Shown piece by piece: positions 10,215-22,260 of a DNA stretch of 64,000 nt (positions are counted from its first letter, which is position 1; each line of letters begins with the position of its first letter). The translations under genes and the position numbers were made by a program. This DNA comes from Bacteroidaceae bacterium (GTDB taxonomy: Bacteria; Bacillota_I; Bacilli_A; Erysipelotrichales; Coprobacillaceae). The notes below the pieces were generated by a model. The model saw only the letters and a program-made list of their open reading frames with translations, was not told the DNA's origin and ran no database searches. The stretch is taken from positions 531 through 64,530 of the forward strand of contig CAVESC010000002.1 of the NCBI GenBank assembly GCA_963618275.1. Direction: 5' to 3'.

Positions 10215-10252
10215 TTGCATTGTAACAATCTCTTTGTTACAATGCAATTTTT
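10215..10252 (+). terminator. Intrinsic terminator of feoB
   Basis: TTGCATTGTAACAA/TTGTTACAATGCAA stem followed by a T tract. Confidence 0.75.
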
Positions 10253-10263
10253 ATTGTTACAAC

Positions 10264-10466
10264 AAAAAACAGATTCAAAGGGAAGGGAAAAGAATCTATT
10301 TTTAATCTATTATTATCTATTTTTAAAAAGGGAAAATTTATAATTAAGTTTTTAGTTTAAGTAAGTTCTTGTTCCTCCTTTCGTCTATTATCATAAGTTA
10401 GTAATATGAACTTTATTTAACTTTTTCATGTTACTTTCTTGTTTGTTTTGTCAAAAATTATGGGAT
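10264..10466 (-). ncRNA. Dispersed ~200-bp element copy 1: promoter plus putative ~115-nt sRNA (about 10264-10381)
   Basis: Similar to 14007-14205, 17617-17816 and 23153-23352; minus strand -10 GATAAT (10387-10392), C-rich motifs, terminator with C-rich loop; no conserved ORF. Confidence 0.7.
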
Positions 10467-11144
10467 TTACTTTTCTCTTTGCTTCCAGCTAATAAAACCA
10501 TAAATATCAAAAAAGAAAAAGATAACAAAAATAATAGTTACCGATAAATATAAAGGATTTTCTAATGTAGCAAGAGTCCAAAGAGTAATTAATATAAGAT
10601 CATTAGCAGCATAGCCCATAGCGTAATAGGATGATCTTAACATGGTTAATGCAGCTGCCAAATAACTTGTTGTTATTGATATTGTACTAAATATTAAATT
10701 TGGTGTTTTAAGCTTAGCTAAGATGATGTAAAACAAAAATGTAACAAGAATACTGCTCAATAAAAGAACAATAATGTATTGTCCTTTTAATTTTTGTATT
10801 TTAACTTCTTTTCCATTTTCTGAAGGATTTTTCAACCATGTAATGGTTGAAAAAATAGCCATGGGCATTGTCATTCCCAAATAAGTAATCATTTCTCCCC
10901 AATAATGAAATTGTGCAGAAATAATTCCATAAAGAATACTAAATATAATCATTAATACTTGCGACCACACATTTCCTTTAGCTGCCAATATTAATGATGT
11001 CACACCAATACATGAACTAATCAATGTAAGAAAATCAAAATCACCAATAAAAATATTAGTTACAGCAATAATTAAAAGTGAACAAATCCATATTAATTTT
11101 TCTTTTAAAGTTAAATATCTAATTGGATTACTCAATTGATTCAT
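10467..11144 (-). CDS. pnuC: PnuC-family (nicotinamide riboside-like) transporter
   Basis: GVTSLILAAKGNVW, YWGEMITY, YAANDLILITLW and YGFISWK pattern; substrate not certain. Confidence 0.8.
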   Translation of the reverse strand: MNQLSNPIRYLTLKEKLIWICSLLIIAVTNIFIGDFDFLTLISSCIGVTSLILAAKGNVWSQVLMIIFSILYGIISAQFHYWGEMITYLGMTMPMAIFSTITWLKNPSENGKEVKIQKLKGQYIIVLLLSSILVTFLFYIILAKLKTPNLIFSTISITTSYLAAALTMLRSSYYAMGYAANDLILITLWTLATLENPLYLSVTIIFVIFFFFDIYGFISWKQREK

Positions 11145-11165
11145 TCCTTCCTTTTTAAAATAAAA

Positions 11166-11642
11166 CTATTTTTCTTGTATTTCTTTTCCACTAAGATATT
11201 CAATTTCAATTTCAAAAATTTGTACTGCTTTTCCAGCTATTTTAATTTCTTCATCTACCATTTGCTCATTTGGATAATACTTCATCGCAAATTTTTTTAA
11301 TAATGTCATTGTCTTTTCATTTGTTTCCAACAAATGACATCGTCCAAAAACAACAACACTTTGCATATATGGTGCCCAAGATTCTTCTTTGATCATTTCA
11401 TTTCCATAAACTGTAAAACATACTTTATCACAAGCTTTTAAAGCATCCACTTTATGTCCCGCACGTGCTCCATGAAAATAAATTTTTTTGTTATCTTCAT
11501 CATAAAGATAATTAACAGGAATAGCATAAGGATATCCATCATCCCCATTCATTGAAAGAACACCTCGTCGATTTTGTTGTAAAAGGTTCTTTGTACTAGT
11601 TATATCAAGTGCATTTTTCTTTTTTCTTATTGTTCTAAACAT
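11166..11642 (-). CDS. Pyridoxamine 5'-phosphate oxidase-like (NimA-type) flavin-binding protein
   Basis: GYPYAIPVNY, IYFHGARAGHK, SVVVFG. Confidence 0.85.
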   Translation of the reverse strand: MFRTIRKKKNALDITSTKNLLQQNRRGVLSMNGDDGYPYAIPVNYLYDEDNKKIYFHGARAGHKVDALKACDKVCFTVYGNEMIKEESWAPYMQSVVVFGRCHLLETNEKTMTLLKKFAMKYYPNEQMVDEEIKIAGKAVQIFEIEIEYLSGKEIQEK

Positions 11643-11663
11643 GATTTCATTCTCCTTTTTTTC

Positions 11664-11751
11664 AAAAAAATAAGCGTCCTTATTTCTATCTTCTAAGACC
11701 TAACGATAGAAATTTAGACGCTTAACTTTCTTACCCGGTGGCAAGAAAGTA
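11664..11751 (-). promoter_or_regulatory. Structured 5' leader (hairpin plus terminator), putative attenuator
   Basis: Minus strand ACTTTCTTGCCACCGGGTAAGAAAGT hairpin, then TAAGCGTC...GACGCTTA stem with a T7 tract just before the RBS. Confidence 0.55.
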
Positions 11752-11815
11752 TCTTTATTTATTTATTTTTCGATAAATTTATAACATGCAAAACAGGAAT
11801 TGTCTAGCATGATCT

Positions 11816-13774
11816 TTAATCTTTTGGAGTTAATTCTACGTACATATCTTTATATTGTTTTGCACTTTGTTGCCATGATACATCTTTATTCATATCACGA
11901 ACAACCATTTCATCCCAATATTTTCTATTTTCAAAATAAAGTGTTTTAGTACGATTGATTGCATCATAAAGAAGTCCACTTTCATAACGATCAAATGTAA
12001 AGCCATTACCTGTATTATCAAATAAGTTATAAGGTTGAACAGTATCTTTAAGTCCACCAGTTTCTCTAACAATTGGGATAGAACCATATCTCATACTAAT
12101 AAGTTGTGTAAGTCCACATGGTTCAAATCTAGATGGTACTAATAATGCATCACATCCTGCATAAATATTGTGAGCGACATTTTCGTTGTAAGCAATATAT
12201 GCACAGAAGTTTCCTTTATATTTATTTTCATAATAACGGAAGGCATCTTCATACATTGCATCACCTGTACCTAAAACTACAACTTGCGTATGTTCATCCA
12301 TAATACTTGGAATAACATCATTTACAAGATCAAGACCCTTTTGATTTGTAAGACGTGAAATAAGTCCAATAACGATCTTATGATCATCAACTTCTAAACC
12401 TAAAGATTCTTGAAGTGCTTTTTTATTAGCTTTTTTATTCATAATAACTGATTGACTATCATAAGTAGCTGCTAGAAGTTTATCTGTTGCTGGATTCCAA
12501 ATATCAATGTCAATACCATTGACAATTCCTAGAATCTTACTACTATGATATCTTAAATGTTCTTCAAGACCTTCACCGTATTCTTCTGTTTGAATTTCTC
12601 CAGCATACGTATTACTTACTGTTGTCAATTTATTACAATAAGTGATACCACCTTTTAACATATTAGCATCTAACCATTTTTGTGTCATACAATCTTTATT
12701 AAAGACATAATCTGGAAGACCTGACCAATATTGAATTGTTTCACGATCATAGATTCCTTGGAATCTTAAGTTATGAATAGTTAAAACAGAGGCTGCACGA
12801 CCTACATTCGTATCTTTAAAACTTGTTCTTAGATAAAGAGGAACCAAGGCTGCTTGCCAATCGTGACAGTGTACAACATCTGGTGTCCAATCTAAATAAT
12901 TAAGTGTTGCAAGAGCTGCTTTACTAAAGTAACAGAATTTAGGAATATCGTCGATAAGATTTGTATATGGATTACCCCATGAGAAGAATTCATCATTATC
13001 GATAAAATCATAAACAACGCCATCTTCTTGATATTCCATAATACCTACATAATATTGTTTTCCATCGGCGCATAGATCCATATAGAATGATCCTTTATAT
13101 TCCATCTTTTCTTGGAATTTTTGAGGAATACATTTATATCTTGGAACAATAACTTTAACATCCATATTTAATTTAGCTAAACTCTTTGGAAGAGCTGACA
13201 TAACATCTCCTAATCCACCTGTTTTTACAAATGGATAACATTCTGAACCAATAAAGGCAACACTTCTACGTGGTCCTAAATCAATTGGTTTAGATTCTTC
13301 AACAGGCACTTCTTGAACAACTTCTGTTGATTTAATATCAACAGGTGTTTCACTTTTTACTGGTTTTGGTTTAACAGTAGCTGTTTTTTTACTTGCACCT
13401 GTTGTTGATTTTGCAGTTGTAGTCTTTTTAGTAGTTGTTTTCTTAGTAGAAGCAGTTTTTTTAGTTGATGCTGTTTTGGCTGCAACTTTTTCAGTTGTTG
13501 TTTTTGATTTTGCAGTAGTTGTCTTTTTATTTGTAGCTGTTGTCGCTTTAGCAGCTGTGGCCTTTTTAGTAGTTGCTTTCTTAGCAGGAGCTGTTTTTAC
13601 AGCTGGTGCTGGTTTACTAGCAACAACTTTTTCACTTGTTTCTTTTGGTTGAACAGTAGTTTTTTCTGCTGGTTTAGCAGTAACTGCTTTTTCAGTTGTA
13701 ACTGGTATAGGTTTAACAGTAGTCTTTTTGCTTGTTGTTCTTTTTTTATTATTTCTTGTAGTTTTTTTACTCAT
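11816..13774 (-). CDS. glgA: Glycogen synthase (GT5) with ~165-aa K/T/A-rich N-terminal extension
   Basis: ECYPFVKTGGLGDV, HCHDWQ, TIHNL, SRLTNQKG, PSRFEPCGLTQ, RETGGLKDTV. Confidence 0.95.
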   Translation of the reverse strand: MSKKTTRNNKKRTTSKKTTVKPIPVTTEKAVTAKPAEKTTVQPKETSEKVVASKPAPAVKTAPAKKATTKKATAAKATTATNKKTTTAKSKTTTEKVAAKTASTKKTASTKKTTTKKTTTAKSTTGASKKTATVKPKPVKSETPVDIKSTEVVQEVPVEESKPIDLGPRRSVAFIGSECYPFVKTGGLGDVMSALPKSLAKLNMDVKVIVPRYKCIPQKFQEKMEYKGSFYMDLCADGKQYYVGIMEYQEDGVVYDFIDNDEFFSWGNPYTNLIDDIPKFCYFSKAALATLNYLDWTPDVVHCHDWQAALVPLYLRTSFKDTNVGRAASVLTIHNLRFQGIYDRETIQYWSGLPDYVFNKDCMTQKWLDANMLKGGITYCNKLTTVSNTYAGEIQTEEYGEGLEEHLRYHSSKILGIVNGIDIDIWNPATDKLLAATYDSQSVIMNKKANKKALQESLGLEVDDHKIVIGLISRLTNQKGLDLVNDVIPSIMDEHTQVVVLGTGDAMYEDAFRYYENKYKGNFCAYIAYNENVAHNIYAGCDALLVPSRFEPCGLTQLISMRYGSIPIVRETGGLKDTVQPYNLFDNTGNGFTFDRYESGLLYDAINRTKTLYFENRKYWDEMVVRDMNKDVSWQQSAKQYKDMYVELTPKD

Positions 13775-14006
13775 ATTTTCTTCTCCAATCTTTAAAATAA
13801 TATCATGTTGTTAAAATCTACCTTCATTATTTTTTCTTTCTAACATCTCCTATTATAACAATCGACTTTTGCGTTTTTTGTATTTTTTTAAGATTTTACA
13901 CATACAAAAAATTACTTTTATATTCAAAATGTTCTTTTAATTATTGTACCATAATCCATGAATGTTGTTTATACTAAAGAAATTTATTTATTATTAATTA
14001 AATATT

Positions 14007-14205
14007 AAAAAACAGATTCGAAAGGGAGGGGGAATCTGTTTTTTATGCGATTTATTATTATCTTTTTTTAAAAGGGAAAATTATGATTCAGTTTTTTAAA
14101 TAAGTTTTTGTTCCTCCTTTCGTGTATTATCATAAGTTACAAATATGAACTTTATTTAACTTTTTCATGTTTCTTCTTTGGTTGTTTTGTCAAAGATTAT
14201 GGGAT
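14007..14205 (-). ncRNA. Dispersed element copy 2: promoter plus putative sRNA (about 14007-14120)
   Basis: Same architecture as copy 1; -10 at 14126-14131; its promoter end overlaps the lpdD stop codon. Confidence 0.7.
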
Positions 14206-14528
14206 ACCTCTTTTTCAAGTTCATCAATATCATTTTCTATATAATTTAAAACTTCTTGTATTTGATCTTTAGTAATATCATCATAATGAATTCCACAAAT
14301 ACACGTAACCACTTGTCTTGTATTTTTACATATTCTTGAGGCATAACGTATAGCAACTTCATCATCTTTATGACCTAAAGTATTAATAACATTATAACTA
14401 CATGTTTCATGTCCATTTCTTATACAAGGATAAGCTGTCACAACACTTCCTATATGTCCATTTTCATTTTGGATTAAAATAACATAATCATTTCCCATTT
14501 TAATGACTTCTCGTTTAATTTCTAACAT
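14190..14528 (-). CDS. lpdD: LpdD-like prenylated-flavin chaperone / decarboxylase accessory protein
   Basis: HIGSVV...GHKDD...VTCICGIHYDDIT pattern; clustered with ubiX/ubiD homologues. Confidence 0.8.
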   Translation of the reverse strand: MLEIKREVIKMGNDYVILIQNENGHIGSVVTAYPCIRNGHETCSYNVINTLGHKDDEVAIRYASRICKNTRQVVTCICGIHYDDITKDQIQEVLNYIENDIDELEKEVSHNL

Positions 14529-14556
14529 TTTTATTTCCTTTCATCTTTGTTATAAT

Positions 14557-14571
14557 ATTCCAAAAAGGAAT
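14557..14571. promoter_or_regulatory. Putative LysR box
   Basis: ATTCC-N5-GGAAT (T-N11-A), also present at 17586-17600. Confidence 0.65.
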
Positions 14572-14581
14572 GTGATATTTT

Positions 14582-15454
14582 ATGAATATAGATCAATTAA
14601 AGTATTTTTGTGCTGTTTGTAAGTATCAATCTTTTTCTAAAGCAGCAATTGAGATGAATATTTCACAATCTTCTCTTTCTAAACAAATTGCTCATCTAGA
14701 AAAAGAACTCGATGTTTTATTGTTTGATCGTTCAAAAAGACAAATTGCTTTAACTGTTTATGGTGAAAAGCTTTTAAATGATGCACAAAAAATAATCGAT
14801 GATTATGATTCTATGATCAATCATCTTCAACAATTAAAAGTAGAAATGAATTCTCAAATAAAAATAGGAATTCTTCCTCTTATTTCTTCTTTTAATTTAT
14901 TCCAAACATTAAATTCTATGAAACAAGCATTTCCAAATTTAAAAATAGATTTTGATGAAATAGAAGAAAAAGATTTATCAACTAAAATAGAAAATAACAA
15001 TTATGATATTCTTATTCTAAGAGAAACTAAAAATTCCTTACTTCATGAATATCATAAAGTAAAACTCTTTTCTGATCATTTAGTTGCTTTAGTTTCTTTA
15101 GAAAATAAAGCCTCTCATTTAAAAGAATTATCCCTTAATGAACTTAATCAAAGCTCAATACTATTACCACCATCCTATACAACTATTTCAAATACATTTA
15201 TTGATACTTGTAAAAAGGAACAAATTGAACTCGCTACTATTAAATATGGTAGACTTGAAACATTAATTAATATTGTTGAACATAGTTCAAATGACATCGC
15301 TATTTCGACTGAAAAATCAATTACTGCTTTTAAACAAAAACATTCTAAAGTTAAAGAATTAATTCCTTTTATTCCATGTGATGTTTATCTTTATTATCAT
15401 AAAAAAGATAAACATTTATCTAAAATCATTTCTTATTTAATAGAGCAGTCTTAA
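14582..15454 (+). CDS. LysR family transcriptional regulator
   Basis: SFSKAAIEMNISQSSLSKQIAHLEKELD. Confidence 0.95.
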   Translation: MNIDQLKYFCAVCKYQSFSKAAIEMNISQSSLSKQIAHLEKELDVLLFDRSKRQIALTVYGEKLLNDAQKIIDDYDSMINHLQQLKVEMNSQIKIGILPLISSFNLFQTLNSMKQAFPNLKIDFDEIEEKDLSTKIENNNYDILILRETKNSLLHEYHKVKLFSDHLVALVSLENKASHLKELSLNELNQSSILLPPSYTTISNTFIDTCKKEQIELATIKYGRLETLINIVEHSSNDIAISTEKSITAFKQKHSKVKELIPFIPCDVYLYYHKKDKHLSKIISYLIEQS

Positions 15455-15459
15455 CTGCT

Positions 15460-16017
15460 CTATTTCCATCTTTTAAATTCTTTCATTTCAATATCAAAAA
15501 CATTTAATATTTTTCCAATTATATGATTTTCCATATCTTCTATGGTTTTTGGTTGATGATAATAAGTCATCATTGGTGGTAAAATTGTGATATTCGCGAT
15601 TTTTGATAAATACGCTAAATTATCTAAATGAATAGAAGATAAAGGTGATTCTCTTGTTACTAAAACAAGATTTCTTTTTTCTTTAATCATCACATCTGCT
15701 GCTCTTAGTATTAAAGAATCTGAATAACCATGAGCAATTCCTGCCACTGTTTTCATTGAACAAGGAATAATGACCATTCCTTCATTTTTAAAGGTTCCAC
15801 TAGCAATACTAGCCCCAATAAATTCATTATCATAATAATAATCACACATGTTTTTTAAATCATCTTCCGTTTTATCTGATTCATAACCTAATGTCATTAG
15901 TGCTCCTTTAGATACTACTAAATGAATTTCACAATCATATTTTTTTAATTCTTCTAACAATTTTATCGCTAGTGGAATACCGCTAGCACCACTTAGTCCT
16001 ACAACAATTCTTTTCAT
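15460..16017 (-). CDS. ubiX: UbiX-family flavin prenyltransferase (LpdB-like)
   Basis: GLSGASG, IASG, PCSMKTVAGIAHG, RAADV..KE.R.LVLV.RESP. Confidence 0.95.
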   Translation of the reverse strand: MKRIVVGLSGASGIPLAIKLLEELKKYDCEIHLVVSKGALMTLGYESDKTEDDLKNMCDYYYDNEFIGASIASGTFKNEGMVIIPCSMKTVAGIAHGYSDSLILRAADVMIKEKRNLVLVTRESPLSSIHLDNLAYLSKIANITILPPMMTYYHQPKTIEDMENHIIGKILNVFDIEMKEFKRWK

Positions 16018-16027
16018 CTTCTACCTC

Positions 16028-17509
16028 TTAATCAAACATATCAGGAAGCCAATGTTTAGGATCAACATCCATAAATTCAGCTCTTTCAAAACGTGCTTTT
16101 TGATCAAAAGGAACAGTACAATCAAAAATTGCTTTACATGCAATACCTCGACCACGAATATGTGAAGAATACTCTGGTTGATTTGATGGATCAAGTGGGT
16201 GACATTGAACGCCGGGAATTGTAATCAAATCTAAATCAGCTTGGAACCTTGTCGTCATGGCCCACATAACATCTTTAATATCAAAAGGATCAACATCTTC
16301 ATCAACAATAAAGACATGTTTTAATTCCGCAAAAGCACTAAACGCTAATAAAGCGGCTTGTCTTTGTCTTCCTTCATCAGAAGGAACTGATTTTTTAAAT
16401 TGCATCACCGCAATATATTTTCCTCCACCACTTGAAGCACAATAAACATTTAATAATTTACCTGGCATCGCTTTTTCAACCATTGTTAAAATACTTGCTT
16501 CTGTTGGAATACCTGCCATTGAAACATGTTCTTCACTTGGTCCAATGCATGTTTGCATAATAGGATTTTTACGAGTTGTAACAGCTTTTACTTTAATTAC
16601 TGGTAATTCAGGATTCGCTGGTCCACAATATCCTGGAAATTCTGGCATGGCTTTTCCTGTATTTGAATTAATGTCTTCTCGAATACGTCTATTTGGTAAT
16701 ATTTCTCCTTCAATTACATATTCAGCATTAGCGATGGCTCTTTCATTGATTGTTAAACATTGAACAAGTTCAACCGGTTCTTGACGAATGGCTCCAGCTG
16801 CTGAAAGTTCGTCATAACCAAGAGGTGTCGTTGGTGCTTCGAAACATGAAGCTACTTCAATAGCTGGATCAACCCCAATACTAATTGAAATAGGAAGAGC
16901 TTCTCCTTTAGCTTCTGCCAATTCTCTAAAATATCCTATATGACGTGCTCCTGGTTGTAAGAAAATAGAGATTTCATCTTTAGATTGAAAACACATACGA
17001 TGAATCGTTACATCTGATTCTCCAGTTTCTGGATTAGAAGCATAACACATTCCTAAAGTAATATAAGGTCCTGCATCTTCTAAGGTATTTGTAGGTGCAG
17101 GTACTAATTTTCTAATATCAAAATCTGGATCATCCGCAAAATAAGTCACTTCTTGACATTTTGCTTTTTCATTTGGAATAACAATTGGTTGAATTGGATT
17201 ATTAACTGAATCTTTTAATAAGAATCCTAGTTTTTCTGGTGGACAATCTAATAAATAACCCACTCGTTTTCTACTTGCTAGTAAACCAATGGCTACTCTA
17301 GCTCCTGGATGTCCTTTAATATTATTAAAAACCATTGCTGGTCCTTCTTGAGTTGGTCTTTTAACAGTTCCTCCAGCACCAACATGGCGATAAACACCAG
17401 ATAGTTCTCCCATAGGATCCACTTCTACATTTGTTTCCACATATTGTCCTTCTATGGATTTTAATAATTCTATGGCTGAACGTAAATCATTTACTTTATT
17501 TTCTTTCAT
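16028..17509 (-). CDS. lpdC: UbiD-family non-oxidative decarboxylase, gallate/protocatechuate decarboxylase (LpdC/AroY-like)
   Basis: GAGGTVKRPTQEGPAM, EDAGPYIT.G, DVTIHR, AMPEFPGY, EEHVSMAGIPTE, CHPLDPS. Confidence 0.85.
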   Translation of the reverse strand: MKENKVNDLRSAIELLKSIEGQYVETNVEVDPMGELSGVYRHVGAGGTVKRPTQEGPAMVFNNIKGHPGARVAIGLLASRKRVGYLLDCPPEKLGFLLKDSVNNPIQPIVIPNEKAKCQEVTYFADDPDFDIRKLVPAPTNTLEDAGPYITLGMCYASNPETGESDVTIHRMCFQSKDEISIFLQPGARHIGYFRELAEAKGEALPISISIGVDPAIEVASCFEAPTTPLGYDELSAAGAIRQEPVELVQCLTINERAIANAEYVIEGEILPNRRIREDINSNTGKAMPEFPGYCGPANPELPVIKVKAVTTRKNPIMQTCIGPSEEHVSMAGIPTEASILTMVEKAMPGKLLNVYCASSGGGKYIAVMQFKKSVPSDEGRQRQAALLAFSAFAELKHVFIVDEDVDPFDIKDVMWAMTTRFQADLDLITIPGVQCHPLDPSNQPEYSSHIRGRGIACKAIFDCTVPFDQKARFERAEFMDVDPKHWLPDMFD

Positions 17510-17585
17510 AATGTTGTCTCCTTTAACTTGTTTTCATCTTATCATTTGAAAACTGTAGGAAACAATTCATCTTTTTTAATAACTC

Positions 17586-17600
17586 ATTCCAAAACGGAAT
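17586..17600. promoter_or_regulatory. Putative LysR box upstream of lpdC
   Basis: ATTCCAAAACGGAAT, the same dyad as at 14557-14571. Confidence 0.65.
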
Positions 17601-17616
17601 AGGTTATCAAAGCAAC

Positions 17617-17816
17617 AAAAAACAGATTCAAAAGGGAGGGGGAGAATCTGTTTTTTTAATCTATTATTATCTTTTTTTAAAAAGGGAAGTTTTTCTTTAA
17701 GTTTTGAGTTTAAGTAAATTCTTGTTCCTTTCGTGTATTATCATAGATGAGTTTTATGAACTTTATTTTACTTTTCTATGTTTTTTATTTGTCTACTTTG
17801 TCAAAAATTATGGGAT
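17617..17816 (-). ncRNA. Dispersed element copy 3 (most diverged): promoter plus putative sRNA (about 17617-17731)
   Basis: Same architecture; -10 at 17737-17742; AAAGT-N5-AAAGT box retained. Confidence 0.7.
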
Positions 17817-17818
17817 AA

Positions 17819-18730
17819 CTATACAATACTATTTAATAATGTAATACACATTGGTAATGTAAATAATGATAATAAAGTTGAAATAAAAACCAATTTAGAG
17901 GCAAAGAGCGCATTTCCCTTATATTTTTGAGCAAGCATGGCGGTAGTACTTGCTGCTGGCATAGCTGATAAAAGAACACATAATTGAATAGATATTTTAT
18001 TCACTGGTAAAAACTGTAAAATGAAACAAATAACCAAAGGCAACATGATAAGTCGATAAAAGCTATAAATAAAGGCATCTTTATCGAAAATATCATTAAG
18101 AGAAACATCACTTAAGATACCTCCAATAACCAACATACTCATTGCCGTATTACATTGACTGATTGCTTGTAATGTCTTTTCAATAGGTTGAGGAATATAA
18201 ATTTGAAAACAACGTAAAATCATAACAACAATCCCAATATAGATAGCAATTATACAAGGATGCGTAAGAACTTGTTTAAGCACATTATTTTGTTTATTTT
18301 TCGCAAATAAAGATAAGCCACTCGACCACATAAATATTCTTTGCGGAATAAGGAATATGGACGCATAAAGTAATCCTGTTGCTCCAAAAACTTCTTCAGC
18401 GATAGGCATTCCCATAAATCCTGCATTGGATACCATTGTTGAATATTGACAACATATTTTTTTATCTGTATCTAAATGGTTATAAAGAAATTTATTGAAA
18501 AAGGCATAAATCAATTGTATTCCAAATGAAATGATAAGAATAAAACCTGTAGAGGTAATGAGTTCTTTTGTTAAGTCTATTTCAAAAGAATGAATAATCG
18601 AACATGGTAATATAATCATTAAAATAATATTTGTTAATTGTGATCTTGTTTCTTTTGAAAAGTATCCCTTTTTAGCAAGCACATAACCTATTGCCATCAA
18701 TAGAAATATTTCAATTTGTAAAGAAATCAT
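17819..18730 (-). CDS. AEC (auxin efflux carrier) family transporter
   Basis: SNAGFMGMPI, MPAASTTAMLAQKY, about 10 TMs. Confidence 0.9.
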   Translation of the reverse strand: MISLQIEIFLLMAIGYVLAKKGYFSKETRSQLTNIILMIILPCSIIHSFEIDLTKELITSTGFILIISFGIQLIYAFFNKFLYNHLDTDKKICCQYSTMVSNAGFMGMPIAEEVFGATGLLYASIFLIPQRIFMWSSGLSLFAKNKQNNVLKQVLTHPCIIAIYIGIVVMILRCFQIYIPQPIEKTLQAISQCNTAMSMLVIGGILSDVSLNDIFDKDAFIYSFYRLIMLPLVICFILQFLPVNKISIQLCVLLSAMPAASTTAMLAQKYKGNALFASKLVFISTLLSLFTLPMCITLLNSIV

Positions 18731-18738
18731 AATATCTT

Positions 18739-21428
<2,690 letters not shown>

Positions 21429-21451
<23 letters not shown>

Positions 21452-22142
21452 TAAAATAATTCTCCTTTATTTCACAATTTGTTTCTTCTAACTTTTTATA
21501 AACCCAAGATAAATCAAAATGATTTTCATCAATATCCTTCATCATCTTTTCTTCCTTTTGAACAATCAAAAGAGATTTCTTTAAAACATCATCTATTTCT
21601 AAACGAGGAATCACAACAATTCCTTCCTTATTTCCTACAATCAAATCACCTGGATGAATGATTTGTCCACCAACACAAACAGGTACATTAATTTCACCAG
21701 GACCGTTTTTATAAGGTCCATTAGGACAGACACCAGAAGCAAAAACAGGAAACTCTAATTTTTGAATATCTTCAATATCACGAATCGCTCCATCAATCAC
21801 AAATCCACCTAATTTTCTTTTTAAAGCATAGGTTGCCATGATTTCTCCACATAATGCACGATCTAAATAACCTTGTCCGTCAACGACAATCACATCACCA
21901 GGTTGGGCTTGATCAATAGCGTAGTAAAACAATAGATTGTCACCAGCAGGTACTTTTACAGTGTAGGCTTGTCCTAAAACAGATAAACCATTCATTGACT
22001 GAATCTTATGATTTAAACAAAGCATTCGATTGCAGGCATCGCCAATATTTGCGATAGGTACATTTTTAAATTGTTTTATTTTATTTTGAGATAGACGAGG
22101 AAAATCCTTATAAATTTGATAACCAATATTCATATTTTTCAC
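21429..22142 (-). CDS. RraA-family / HMG aldolase-like protein
   Basis: ANIGDA, GDNL, PGDVIVVDG, ALCGEIM, VIDGAIRD, PGDLIVG. Confidence 0.88.
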
Positions 22143-22227
22143 ACTTTCTATAATCTCTAAGGCCTTTTGATTACACTTTTATTATAGGTAAAATAGATAT
22201 ATTGAAAAGCTGATAATTTAGATATAT

Positions 22228-22248
22228 AATATCTAAAAAATAGATATT
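22228..22248. promoter_or_regulatory. Putative LysR box between rraA-like gene and LysR
   Basis: AATATCTA-AAAAA-TAGATATT perfect dyad. Confidence 0.6.
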
Positions 22249-22260
22249 TAGGAGATAATT

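Noticed and set aside
10199..10262. Four TGTAAC/GTTACA units after feoB as an operator array
   Set aside because: Explained by the nested arms of the feoB terminator hairpin
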